Shown piece by piece: positions 9,698 to 21,999 of a stretch of 64,000 nucleotides of DNA (position 1 is its first letter; every line of letters begins with the position of its first letter). Source of the stretch: Alphaproteobacteria bacterium (GTDB taxonomy: Bacteria; Pseudomonadota; Alphaproteobacteria; UBA2966). Where the stretch lies: NCBI GenBank assembly GCA_963663355.2, contig CAXXKS010000001.1:2707799-2771798 (forward strand). Reading direction: 5' to 3'. Made by a program: the position numbers and the translations under genes. The notes below the pieces were generated by a model that saw nothing but the letters and a program-made list of their open reading frames with translations, had not been told where the DNA came from and made no database searches.

Positions 9698-10044
9698 AGC
9701 TGATCCTGGATTTCTTCCGAGATCGCCCGGAACTGGGACTCCAGACCCACGGCGTCCTCTATGGAGAGCTGGAAGGCAATGCCGGCCCCGGGCCGTTCCT
9801 CGAATTGTCCCGTCTTCGAGATCCGTTCGAGAATGTCTCGGGCAAGCTGTTCGGCGACGAGGAACATCAGCAGATCCCGTTGCCCCGAAACATCGAGGCC
9901 CAGGAATGATTTCTCGGGTTCGACGCCCTCCCCCCTCGCCGACGTGATGACCGTGGCGCCCGTTGCGCCCGCCGAACGGGCTGCTTGAAGGATGGCTTCG
10001 GTATGGCGGTCGTCAACCAACGCCATGATCAGCTTGAATCTCAT
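9694..10044 (-). CDS. PII-like signal transduction protein
   Basis: FKLIMALV, AGATGAT...ARGEG, G.GIAF..IEDAVG; start overlaps the upstream stop (ATGA). Confidence 0.85.
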   Translation of the reverse strand: MRFKLIMALVDDRHTEAILQAARSAGATGATVITSARGEGVEPEKSFLGLDVSGQRDLLMFLVAEQLARDILERISKTGQFEERPGAGIAFQLSIEDAVGLESQFRAISEEIQDQL

Positions 10045-10826
10045 GATCTCCGTCGCCCCGCGCGTCTGCGACGCCGTTGCCAAGCGGTCGCCTGGGCGTA
10101 ACCCATGACGGTGATCATGGGAAATAGGCTCGCGAACGCGATGAGGCCGAAGCCGTCGATCAGCGGGCTCCGCCCCGGGATGCTCGTTGCCAGTCCGAGC
10201 CCCAGCGCCGTCACCAAGGGAACGGTCACGGTCGACGTGGTGACGCCACCCGTATCGTAGGCCAAGGGAATAATGGTGCGCTCCGCCCGCGCTGTCTGGA
10301 GAACGACAATGATGTACCCCACCACGATGAAATACGGTAGGGGGAGGCCCGTCACGATGCGAAACGTTCCCAGGCCGACTCCGACCGCGACACCGACGGC
10401 CACGGCCGTTCTCAGACCCCAGACGCCGATCGTGCCGCCCGACACCTCGTTGGCCTTGAGGGCGACCGCGATCAACGACGGCTCGGCGATAGTGGTCGCG
10501 AAGCCGATAGCCGCAGCGAAAACGTATACCCAGAGATAGGCGCTCCAGTCGATCGCCCCGACGTCCGGCGTCACGCCGAGAAATCCGGGCGCCGTGAGTT
10601 GCGCGGCCATGGCTTCGCCAAGCGGAAACAGAGCCTCTTGCAACCCGACCAGGAACAGGGTGAGGCCGACAACCACATAGATGAATCCGACAGCGATTGC
10701 TTTCGGGCGCGGCGGCCTGCGTCTGATGACCAGAAATTGAAATCCCAGAATGACGACCGCGATCGGAACGACATCGATTACGGTCGACACTCCGGTTTCC
10801 GCGACTCGCCAGATCGTGCCCATCAC
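10041..10826 (-). CDS. DUF1538 membrane protein
   Basis: [39 protein letters not shown]. Confidence 0.88.
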   Translation of the reverse strand: MMGTIWRVAETGVSTVIDVVPIAVVILGFQFLVIRRRPPRPKAIAVGFIYVVVGLTLFLVGLQEALFPLGEAMAAQLTAPGFLGVTPDVGAIDWSAYLWVYVFAAAIGFATTIAEPSLIAVALKANEVSGGTIGVWGLRTAVAVGVAVGVGLGTFRIVTGLPLPYFIVVGYIIVVLQTARAERTIIPLAYDTGGVTTSTVTVPLVTALGLGLATSIPGRSPLIDGFGLIAFASLFPMITVMGYAQATAWQRRRRRAGRRRS

Positions 10827-10833
10827 GGGTCCT

Positions 10834-11577
10834 TCAAGCCGTGGTCCAGACGATTCCGAACGCCATCACGAAGATCATCGGCGTGAGGCTGGCGAACGCG
10901 ATGAGCCCGAACCCGTCCGTCAATGGGTTTCGGCCGCGGATCGCGGTGGCGAGGCCAACTCCAAGCGCCGTGACCAGGGGAACCGTAATGGTCGACGTCG
11001 TGACGCCGCCGGCGTCGTAGGCAATGCCGACAATGCTCTCCGGCGCGAGTACGGTCATGACCAGCACGAGCACGTAGCCCCCGATGATGAGGTAGTGGAC
11101 CGGCCAGCCCTTGATGATTCGAAGGGTGCCGACCACCAGCGCGATTCCGACCGAGACCGCGACGGTCATCCTGAGCCACGTGGCGTATTCCCGACGCGCG
11201 CCTTCCGTGGGCGGAACGATACCGGCCTCGGCCGCGGCGGCGGCCGCCTCCGCGGAAACGGCGATCAGCGCTGGTTCCGCCACCGTCGCCCCGAAACCGA
11301 GCGCGAACGCGAAGACGAAGAGCCAGAACAGGCTTCCTTTCCGGGCGAAATCGAATGCCAGGGCCTCGCCGAGGGGGAAGAGAGCCATGTCCAACCCGCG
11401 AATGAACAACGTGAGGCCCACGAGCACGAAAAGCGTACCGACGACAATGCCGGCGAGGTCAGGCGGCGGCTGGCGCAGAACAACGATCTGGAAGAAGGCG
11501 ACGACCGCGACGATTGGCGCCAGATCGCGGCAAGACCCGCCGACGAGCGCGAGGAAGCGCGTTAGTACTCGCAGCAT
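10834..11577 (-). CDS. DUF1538 membrane protein (paralog)
   Basis: [39 protein letters not shown]. Confidence 0.88.
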   Translation of the reverse strand: MLRVLTRFLALVGGSCRDLAPIVAVVAFFQIVVLRQPPPDLAGIVVGTLFVLVGLTLFIRGLDMALFPLGEALAFDFARKGSLFWLFVFAFALGFGATVAEPALIAVSAEAAAAAAEAGIVPPTEGARREYATWLRMTVAVSVGIALVVGTLRIIKGWPVHYLIIGGYVLVLVMTVLAPESIVGIAYDAGGVTTSTITVPLVTALGVGLATAIRGRNPLTDGFGLIAFASLTPMIFVMAFGIVWTTA

Positions 11578-11645
11578 GATGTCCGTCGGTTCCGGTCTTG
11601 GCCCGGGCGCGTGGCCGTTCTCTTTCTATCGACCGACGGAGCTGA

Positions 11646-15359
<3,714 letters not shown>

Positions 15360-15531
15360 GCCGCTCCCGGCGGGACGGCGCCGGGGTGATTTTCCGTGCG
15401 GTTTTCCGCTTGCATGGCCGGCGCGCGCTTGAAAACATAGCTGGCTAGGGAAGGACATTGTTCCGCTCCGGCGCCAGGGTCCCCGACGGGATTCCGGCCG
15501 GTGCCGGAGCGGCAGCATCGGGGCACGATCC

Positions 15532-17556
15532 ATGAGCGGGAGTACCGATACCGGACCGCGATCCGTCGCGCTTGTCGGTCCATACACCTCGGGAAAAACG
15601 ACACTTCTCGAGGCGATTCTGTTCGCCACGGAGGCAGTCCATCGAAAAGGGAACGCGAAGGACGGCAATACCGTCGGCGACGCGAGCCCCGAGGCGCGCG
15701 ACCGGCAGATGAGCACGGAGCTCAACGTCGCGACGACCACCTACCTCGGCGACGTCTTCACGTTTCTCGACTGTCCGGGCTCCATCGAGTTCTGGCAGGA
15801 CGGCGCCAACGCGCTGATGGGTGCCGACGCGGCCGTCGTCGTGTGCGAGCCGGCGGCGGACAAGGCGATCATGATGATGCCCGTGCTGCGCCGGCTCAGT
15901 GACATGGGCCTGCCCCATTTCATTTTCGTCAACAAGATGGACCGGGCGTCGTCCCCGGTCGGCGACCTCGTGACGGCCTTGCAGGAGGCCTCGGAAAAGC
16001 CTCTCGTGCTGCGGCAGTTGCCCATCCTCGACGGGGAGGCGGTGACCGGCTACGTCGATCTTCCCAGTCTTCGGGCCTTCACCTACAAGCCCGGTGCGGC
16101 GTCGGAAGCGGGCGGCATTCCCGACGGCATGGCCGACGACGTGGCGCAGGCCCGCTACGAGATGCTGGAGAAACTGGCCGATTTCGACGATACGCTGCTG
16201 GAGCAGCTTCTCGAGGACGTCGATCCCGAGCAGGACACCGCCTACAGGCACCTTTGCGACATCACTCGGGACGGACATGTCGTGCCCGTCCTGGTGGGCG
16301 CGGCGGAGCAAGGGGCCGGCGTCAACCGGCTGCTGAAGGCGCTGCGGCACGAGGTGCCGGCCGCGGACGCCGCCGCCGAGCGGGCGGGGGTCGCTCCCGA
16401 TGGCAGCGAACCCCTGGTGCAGGTCATCAAGTCCTTCAACACCCAGCACGGCGGCAAGCTGTCCGTCGCCCGGGTGTGGCGGGGTGCGGTCGTGGATGGG
16501 ATGACGCTCGGCGACGAGCGTGTTTCGGGCTTGTTCCGGCTCCTGGGTCAGCAGACGGAAAAGGTGGCCGAGGCGGCCGCAGGAGACATCGTCGGATTGG
16601 GCCGGCTCGAACGGGCCGTCACCGGCGTGACGCTGTCGACCGCGAAGGATGTGGCGCAGCTCCCGCGGGCGGCGGTGCCGCAGCCCGTCTATGCGTTGGC
16701 CATGACCGCCGCGGACCGCAACGACGAGGTCAAGGTCTCGGGGGCCGTGACCAGGCTGATCGAGGAAGATCCGTCGCTACGGTTCGAGCACGAGGACGAC
16801 ACGAAGCAATGGCTGCTGTGGGGGCAGGGCGAAATGCACCTGCGCGTCGCCGCGGACCGGCTGAAGAACCGTTCAGGTCTGTCGGTCAACGTGGAGCGCC
16901 CCAAAGTCCCGTACAAGGAGGCCATTCGCAAGGGAGTCTCGCAGCACTCGCGGTACAAGAAGCAGACTGGCGGCCACGGGCAGTTCGGCGACGTGCACAT
17001 CGACATCAAGCCGTTGCCGCGCGGTTCCGGCTTCCAGTTCGAGGGGAAGGTCGTGGGCGGCGCCGTGCCGCGCCAGTTCATCCCCGCCGTCGAGGCAGGC
17101 GTCCTCGATTTCCTGAACAGGGGGCCCCTCGGATTTCCCGTGGTCGACGTGTCGGTGACCCTGACGGACGGACAGCATCACGCGGTCGACAGCTCCGAGC
17201 TGGCGTTCAAGACGGCGGGCCGCATGGCCATGTCGGAGGGGCTGCCCAAGTGCGACCCGGTGCTTCTGGAGCCGATCCTGCACGTCGACGTCTCGGTGCC
17301 CTCGGAGCTCACGTCGCGGGTCAACAGCGTGGTGAGCAGCCGGCGCGGACAGATCCTGGGCTTCGACGCCCGTCCGGGCTGGCCGGGCTGGGATGTCCTG
17401 TCGGCCCAGTTGCCGCAGTCCGAGATGCACGACCTGATCATCGAGATACGCTCGCTCACCTCCGGCGTCGGCACGTTCGTCTGGAAGTTCGACCGCCTGC
17501 AGGAGTTGCACGGGCGTCTCGCGGACGAGGTCGTGGAAGCCTACGCGGCGGAGTGA
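15532..17556 (+). CDS. Elongation factor G-like protein (EF-G II paralog)
   Basis: EF-G domain layout (NKMD, GQGEMHL, KKQTGGHGQFG, DSSELAFK, LLEPI) with divergent G1 GPYTSGKTT and G3 DCPGS. Confidence 0.92.
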   Translation: MSGSTDTGPRSVALVGPYTSGKTTLLEAILFATEAVHRKGNAKDGNTVGDASPEARDRQMSTELNVATTTYLGDVFTFLDCPGSIEFWQDGANALMGADAAVVVCEPAADKAIMMMPVLRRLSDMGLPHFIFVNKMDRASSPVGDLVTALQEASEKPLVLRQLPILDGEAVTGYVDLPSLRAFTYKPGAASEAGGIPDGMADDVAQARYEMLEKLADFDDTLLEQLLEDVDPEQDTAYRHLCDITRDGHVVPVLVGAAEQGAGVNRLLKALRHEVPAADAAAERAGVAPDGSEPLVQVIKSFNTQHGGKLSVARVWRGAVVDGMTLGDERVSGLFRLLGQQTEKVAEAAAGDIVGLGRLERAVTGVTLSTAKDVAQLPRAAVPQPVYALAMTAADRNDEVKVSGAVTRLIEEDPSLRFEHEDDTKQWLLWGQGEMHLRVAADRLKNRSGLSVNVERPKVPYKEAIRKGVSQHSRYKKQTGGHGQFGDVHIDIKPLPRGSGFQFEGKVVGGAVPRQFIPAVEAGVLDFLNRGPLGFPVVDVSVTLTDGQHHAVDSSELAFKTAGRMAMSEGLPKCDPVLLEPILHVDVSVPSELTSRVNSVVSSRRGQILGFDARPGWPGWDVLSAQLPQSEMHDLIIEIRSLTSGVGTFVWKFDRLQELHGRLADEVVEAYAAE

Positions 17557-17584
17557 CGCCGGGAGGACGGGAACGGCAGACCCC

Positions 17585-18370
17585 ATGGCGTCGTCTGCCG
17601 CACGCGCCGCGAACCTGCTGGCCGCGGCGTATCGCCGCCGCGAGCAACTGGAGGCGTTGCCGCCGGATCTGGCGCCCGGTACGGTTTCCGAGGCGTACGC
17701 GATCCAGGATCGCCTCGTCGAGGCCTGGGGCGGCAAGACCGCCGGCTGGAAGCTGAGCTGCACGAGCGCAACCGCCCGGCGGATGCTGAAATTCGACGAG
17801 CCCTGCCGCGGGCGGGTGATGGCCGGCAGGCTCGATCGAAGCCCCGCCGCCCTGAAAAGCGGCGGATATTTCATGCGCCTGATCGAGCCCGAGTTCGGTT
17901 TCCTTCTCGGTAGGGACCTGCCCCCGTCCGCGGCACCGTTCGACATGGACGCCGTGGCCGGCGCCGTCGACGCGATGGTTCCGCTCATCGAGGTCGTGGA
18001 TACGGCGTATCGGGATTGGACGACTGTCGGGGTCTTGAGCCTCATCGCCGACAACATGCTGTTCGGAGGTTTGGTCCTGGGCGAGCCGGCCGCCGATTGG
18101 GACCGGGAAGACCTGGCGTCGCGCGAGGTGACCCTGGCGATCAACGGAGACGTCGTCGCGTGCGGAAGCGGGGCCAACGTTCTCGGGCACCCGGTGAACG
18201 CGCTGCTCTGGCTCGCCAACCACCTGCCCGGCGCGGGAACCGGCCTGCGTGCGGGAGAGGTCGTGGCGACGGGCCTCGCCACCGGGCTGGCCTTTGCCGA
18301 CGCCGGAGACACGGCGGTCGCCGATTTCGGGGAATTCGGGCAGGTGACGGCCGCCTTCGACGCAGGGTAG
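17585..18370 (+). CDS. 2-keto-4-pentenoate hydratase / FAH-family protein
   Basis: AYAIQ, GWK, IEPEF, IEVVD, IADN, LGHPVNAL.WLAN, VATG. Confidence 0.85.
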   Translation: MASSAARAANLLAAAYRRREQLEALPPDLAPGTVSEAYAIQDRLVEAWGGKTAGWKLSCTSATARRMLKFDEPCRGRVMAGRLDRSPAALKSGGYFMRLIEPEFGFLLGRDLPPSAAPFDMDAVAGAVDAMVPLIEVVDTAYRDWTTVGVLSLIADNMLFGGLVLGEPAADWDREDLASREVTLAINGDVVACGSGANVLGHPVNALLWLANHLPGAGTGLRAGEVVATGLATGLAFADAGDTAVADFGEFGQVTAAFDAG

Positions 18371-18456
18371 GACGCCGCCGCGCGGGTCCGACCCGTGACC
18401 GAAACCGGCGGCCCCGCGTGGGGGACGCCATGCGCCAAGGGGCACAGGAGGCAGAC

Positions 18457-19443
18457 ATGTTGATCAAGGTTCGCAAGGGCTGGGAGCTCCCGGAATCGGC
18501 AGCGACGCCCGAAAGCGCTTTTCTCGACCGGCGCCGGCTCATGAAGGGACTCGCGGCGGGTGGCATCCTGGCGGGGGTGGGCTGTTTCGCGCGGCCAGCT
18601 TCGGCGGAGACGCCATGGGCGGACGCGCAGCGCGCCGATCCGTCGTTCCCGCTCTATCCCGTGGCGCGGAATTCGGCATATCGCGTGGAGCGGGATATCA
18701 CGGACGAGGAAACCAACGGCAAGTACAACAACTTCTACGAGTACGGATCCCACAAGGAGATCTGGCGCTCGGCGCAGAAGCTGGAGATCAGGCCGTGGGA
18801 GGTCCGCATAGAGGGCATGGTCGAGAAGGAGTTCACGATCGGGATCGACGACCTGCTGGCCGGGGTGCCGCTGGAGGAGCGGGTCTACCGTCACCGCTGC
18901 GTCGAGGCCTGGTCGATGGTCGCGCCGTGGACGGGATTCCCGCTCTCGGCATTGGTGGAGCTCGCCAAGCCGCTGGGTGGCGCGAAGTACGTGGAGATGG
19001 CGACGTTCGACAAGCCAGAGATGGCGCCGGGCCAACGGCAGTTCTGGTATCCTTGGCCCTACGTCGAGGGACTGACCATGGCCGAGGCGGCGAACGATCT
19101 CGCGTTCTTGGTGACGGGCGCCTACGGAAAGCCGCTGGCAAAGCAGCACGGCGCGCCACTACGGCTCGCGGTCCCGTGGAAGTACGGCTTCAAGTCGGTC
19201 AAGTCGATCGACCGGTTCACGTTCACCGACACGCGGCCGAAGACGTTCTGGGAAGAGGTCCAGGGCCGGGAATACGGCTTCTGGGCCAACGTCAACCCGG
19301 ACGTTCCTCATCCGCGATGGAGCCAGGCGACGGAACGCGTGCTCGGAACGGACGACCGGATCCCGACGGCGATCTATAACGGCTACGGCGAGTTCGTCGC
19401 CGGGCTCTACGACGGCATGGAAGGCGAACGGTTGTTCATGTAG
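18457..19443 (+). CDS. msrP: Protein-methionine-sulfoxide reductase catalytic subunit (Mo, Tat-exported)
   Basis: Tat motif DRRRLM, YNNFYEY, HRCVEAWS, QHGAPLRL.VPWKYGFKS, HPRWSQA. Confidence 0.94.
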   Translation: MLIKVRKGWELPESAATPESAFLDRRRLMKGLAAGGILAGVGCFARPASAETPWADAQRADPSFPLYPVARNSAYRVERDITDEETNGKYNNFYEYGSHKEIWRSAQKLEIRPWEVRIEGMVEKEFTIGIDDLLAGVPLEERVYRHRCVEAWSMVAPWTGFPLSALVELAKPLGGAKYVEMATFDKPEMAPGQRQFWYPWPYVEGLTMAEAANDLAFLVTGAYGKPLAKQHGAPLRLAVPWKYGFKSVKSIDRFTFTDTRPKTFWEEVQGREYGFWANVNPDVPHPRWSQATERVLGTDDRIPTAIYNGYGEFVAGLYDGMEGERLFM

Positions 19444-20111
19444 TGCCGGACGTGGTCGAGTTGGTCATCTTCGATTGCGACGGCGTGCTGGTGGACTCGG
19501 AGCCGGCCGCCAACCGTGTTCTGACGGAATGTCTGGCCGAGGCGGGCCTCCGCCTCACACGGTCGGAGGTTTACCGGGTGACGACCGGCCGTTCGATGAT
19601 ACAGGTCGTGGCGTGGGCGGAGCGTGCCCTGGGCCGTGCGTTGCCTCGGGATTTCGTCGCGCGGACTCAGGAGAGGACGTACAACGCTTTCGAGCGCGAG
19701 CTCCGGCCCGTGCCAGGCGCGGACGCGGCGCTCGACGCCATCGCGTCCGCCGGCGTCGCCTGTTGCGTCGCCTCGTCCGGCGACCACGACAAGATGACGG
19801 TCACGCTTGGGCTGACGGGCCTGCTCGACCGGCTCCAGGGCCGCATGTTCAGCACCTACGACGTCGCGCGCGGGAAGCCCGCTCCGGACGTCTTTCTCCT
19901 CGCTGCCCGGCGGCTCCGGGCGAACGCCGCGAACAGCGTCGTGATCGAGGACAGCCTGCCGGGCGTCGCCGGCGGCCTCGCCGCGGGCATGACCGTGTAC
20001 GGCTACGCGGCGGGCCGGGAGGCGCGGCGCAGGTCGCTCGCCGGGGCGGGCGCGAAGGTGTTCGACGATCTTCGCGACCTGCCCCGGTTGCTGGGGCTTT
20101 CCCCCGGCTGA
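19443..20111 (+). CDS. HAD-family hydrolase
   Basis: IFDCDGVLVDSE, KPAPD, IEDS..G. Confidence 0.9.
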   Translation: MPDVVELVIFDCDGVLVDSEPAANRVLTECLAEAGLRLTRSEVYRVTTGRSMIQVVAWAERALGRALPRDFVARTQERTYNAFERELRPVPGADAALDAIASAGVACCVASSGDHDKMTVTLGLTGLLDRLQGRMFSTYDVARGKPAPDVFLLAARRLRANAANSVVIEDSLPGVAGGLAAGMTVYGYAAGREARRRSLAGAGAKVFDDLRDLPRLLGLSPG

Positions 20112-20120
20112 GGGTCCGCT

Positions 20121-20741
20121 CTAAATCCCCGTCGGCAGATCCGCCGCCTGGGCCATCTCGCTGTCCTTGAACAGGTCCGGATTCTCGAGATAGGCGAACA
20201 GCATCGACGTGGAGTCCTGGCCCCAGAAGAGTTCGCCTTCGACGATGGCCGTCGGCACGCCGAAGAGGCCGAGCCCGACGGCGGCCTCCGTGTTTGCGCG
20301 GAGCTGGTCCTTGACCCCTTGATCGTTGATCAGCGTCTCGGCGTCGGCGACGCCCAGCTTGTCCGTCAGCCGGGTCCAACCCTCCGGGTCGCCCACGTCT
20401 TCTCCATGCCGCCAGATGTGATCGAATATCGTCTCGATCGCCGAGCCGTCGTTCCCCAGGGCGATGGCGAGGCGTAGCGGCGGCAGGGGCGGGAATGGAT
20501 GCTTGGGCGGCATGCGGAACGGGACGTTTGCCTGTCTCGCCTGCCAGATCCAGTGGCGATAGGTATAGACGCGCTTGCGCGGGATTTGAGCCGGGCCTTT
20601 GGTCTCGTGGTGCCGCAGCAGTCCCGCGAACAGCATGGGGCGGTACGAGATCGACACGTCGCCGGGCAGTTCCTTGAGCTGCTTCAATTGCAGATAGGCG
20701 AAACCCGAAAGAAAGTCGAAGTACCAGTCCAGAGTCCTCAT
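20121..20741 (-). CDS. 2-hydroxychromene-2-carboxylate isomerase / DsbA (GST-kappa) family protein
   Basis: WYFDFLSGFAY, HPF, GLFGVPT, FWGQD. Confidence 0.88.
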   Translation of the reverse strand: MRTLDWYFDFLSGFAYLQLKQLKELPGDVSISYRPMLFAGLLRHHETKGPAQIPRKRVYTYRHWIWQARQANVPFRMPPKHPFPPLPPLRLAIALGNDGSAIETIFDHIWRHGEDVGDPEGWTRLTDKLGVADAETLINDQGVKDQLRANTEAAVGLGLFGVPTAIVEGELFWGQDSTSMLFAYLENPDLFKDSEMAQAADLPTGI

Positions 20742-20911
20742 CCGTGTCTCCCATCGGCGCGTGGCGCGGACTCGAAATGAGTCCGGGGCGGGACGTGCGG
20801 ATTGACCGCGCCGCCAGACTGCCCGAAAAGGCGAAGCCGACTCAACCCGCAGGCCTCGGAGGCGGGGGCTCCCATGGACCGGAGGCCGATCATCCACTAA
20901 CAATCGACGCG

Positions 20912-21892
20912 ATGTGCCCGGCGGTCCCACCCCTCCATCCACCTCCGACGCCCGAGGCGCCGTCACGGGGGGCGAACGATTTTCTCGCGGACGTGCTCAA
21001 CGGCCTGGGCGGCTCGCCCAAGACCCTGCCGTGCAAATACTTCTACGATGCGCGCGGCTCCCGGCTCTTCGATCGGATATGCGCTCTCGAGGAGTACTAC
21101 CCGACGCGCGTCGAGACCGCGCTGCTCACGGAGCATGCCGACCGCATCGCCGCCGCGGCCGGACCGCGGGCGACCCTCGTCGAGTTCGGCGGCGGTTCCT
21201 GCGCGAAGGTGGGGATTCTGCTAGATGCGCTGGAATGCCCGCGCGCCTACGTCCCGATCGACATCTCCTACGACCACATGGCGGCGGCGGCGGCCCGGCT
21301 CGCCGCGGCGTATCCGGCGCTCGAGGTCCGGCCCGTTCCGGCCGACTACACGCGCCTCGCGGATCTGCCGCCCGACCTGCGAGGGACGGGCTGCACCGGC
21401 TTCTTTCCCGGATCGACGATCGGAAACTTCACCCCCCGCGACGCCCAGGCGTTCCTCGGCGACATGCGGCTCTGGCTCGGCGCAAACGGCCGCTTCCTGG
21501 TCGGCGTGGATCTGAAGAAGCCCGCGCCTGTCCTGCACGCGGCTTACAACGACGCGGCCGGGATCACGGCGGCTTTCAATCTCAACCTGCTGCGCCGCGT
21601 CAACCGTGAGACCGGCGCCGACTTCATCCTCGATAACTTCGAGCACGAGGCTCGCTATAACGAGATCGAGGGCCGGATCGAAATGCATCTGATCAGCCGT
21701 GAAGCCCAGCGCATCACGGTCGCGGGACGTGTCTTCCGTTTCACGGCCGGCGAGACGATTCACACCGAGAACTCCTACAAATACACTGTCGGGGAGTTTC
21801 ACGCGCTGGCCGCCCGCGCCGGATGGTCGGTCGAGGCTTGGTGGACGGACCGGGACGAGCTCTTCAGCGTCCACCTCCTGATCGCCCCCTGA
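20912..21892 (+). CDS. egtD: L-histidine N-alpha-trimethyltransferase
   Basis: PKTLPCKYFYD.RGS.LF..I..LEEYYPTR.E, VEFGGG, PGSTIGNF, AYND..G.TAAFNLN, IHTENSYKY; start uncertain. Confidence 0.93.
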   Translation: MCPAVPPLHPPPTPEAPSRGANDFLADVLNGLGGSPKTLPCKYFYDARGSRLFDRICALEEYYPTRVETALLTEHADRIAAAAGPRATLVEFGGGSCAKVGILLDALECPRAYVPIDISYDHMAAAAARLAAAYPALEVRPVPADYTRLADLPPDLRGTGCTGFFPGSTIGNFTPRDAQAFLGDMRLWLGANGRFLVGVDLKKPAPVLHAAYNDAAGITAAFNLNLLRRVNRETGADFILDNFEHEARYNEIEGRIEMHLISREAQRITVAGRVFRFTAGETIHTENSYKYTVGEFHALAARAGWSVEAWWTDRDELFSVHLLIAP

Positions 21893-21999
21893 GCGCTCGA
21901 GTCCGGCGTGGAGCACATGGCTGCAGGCATTCTCGGGACGCGACGCCGGCAAAACGCGCGGCCGGCTCCGCCGCCCGCCGGGCCGTCCGGATTGATGCG

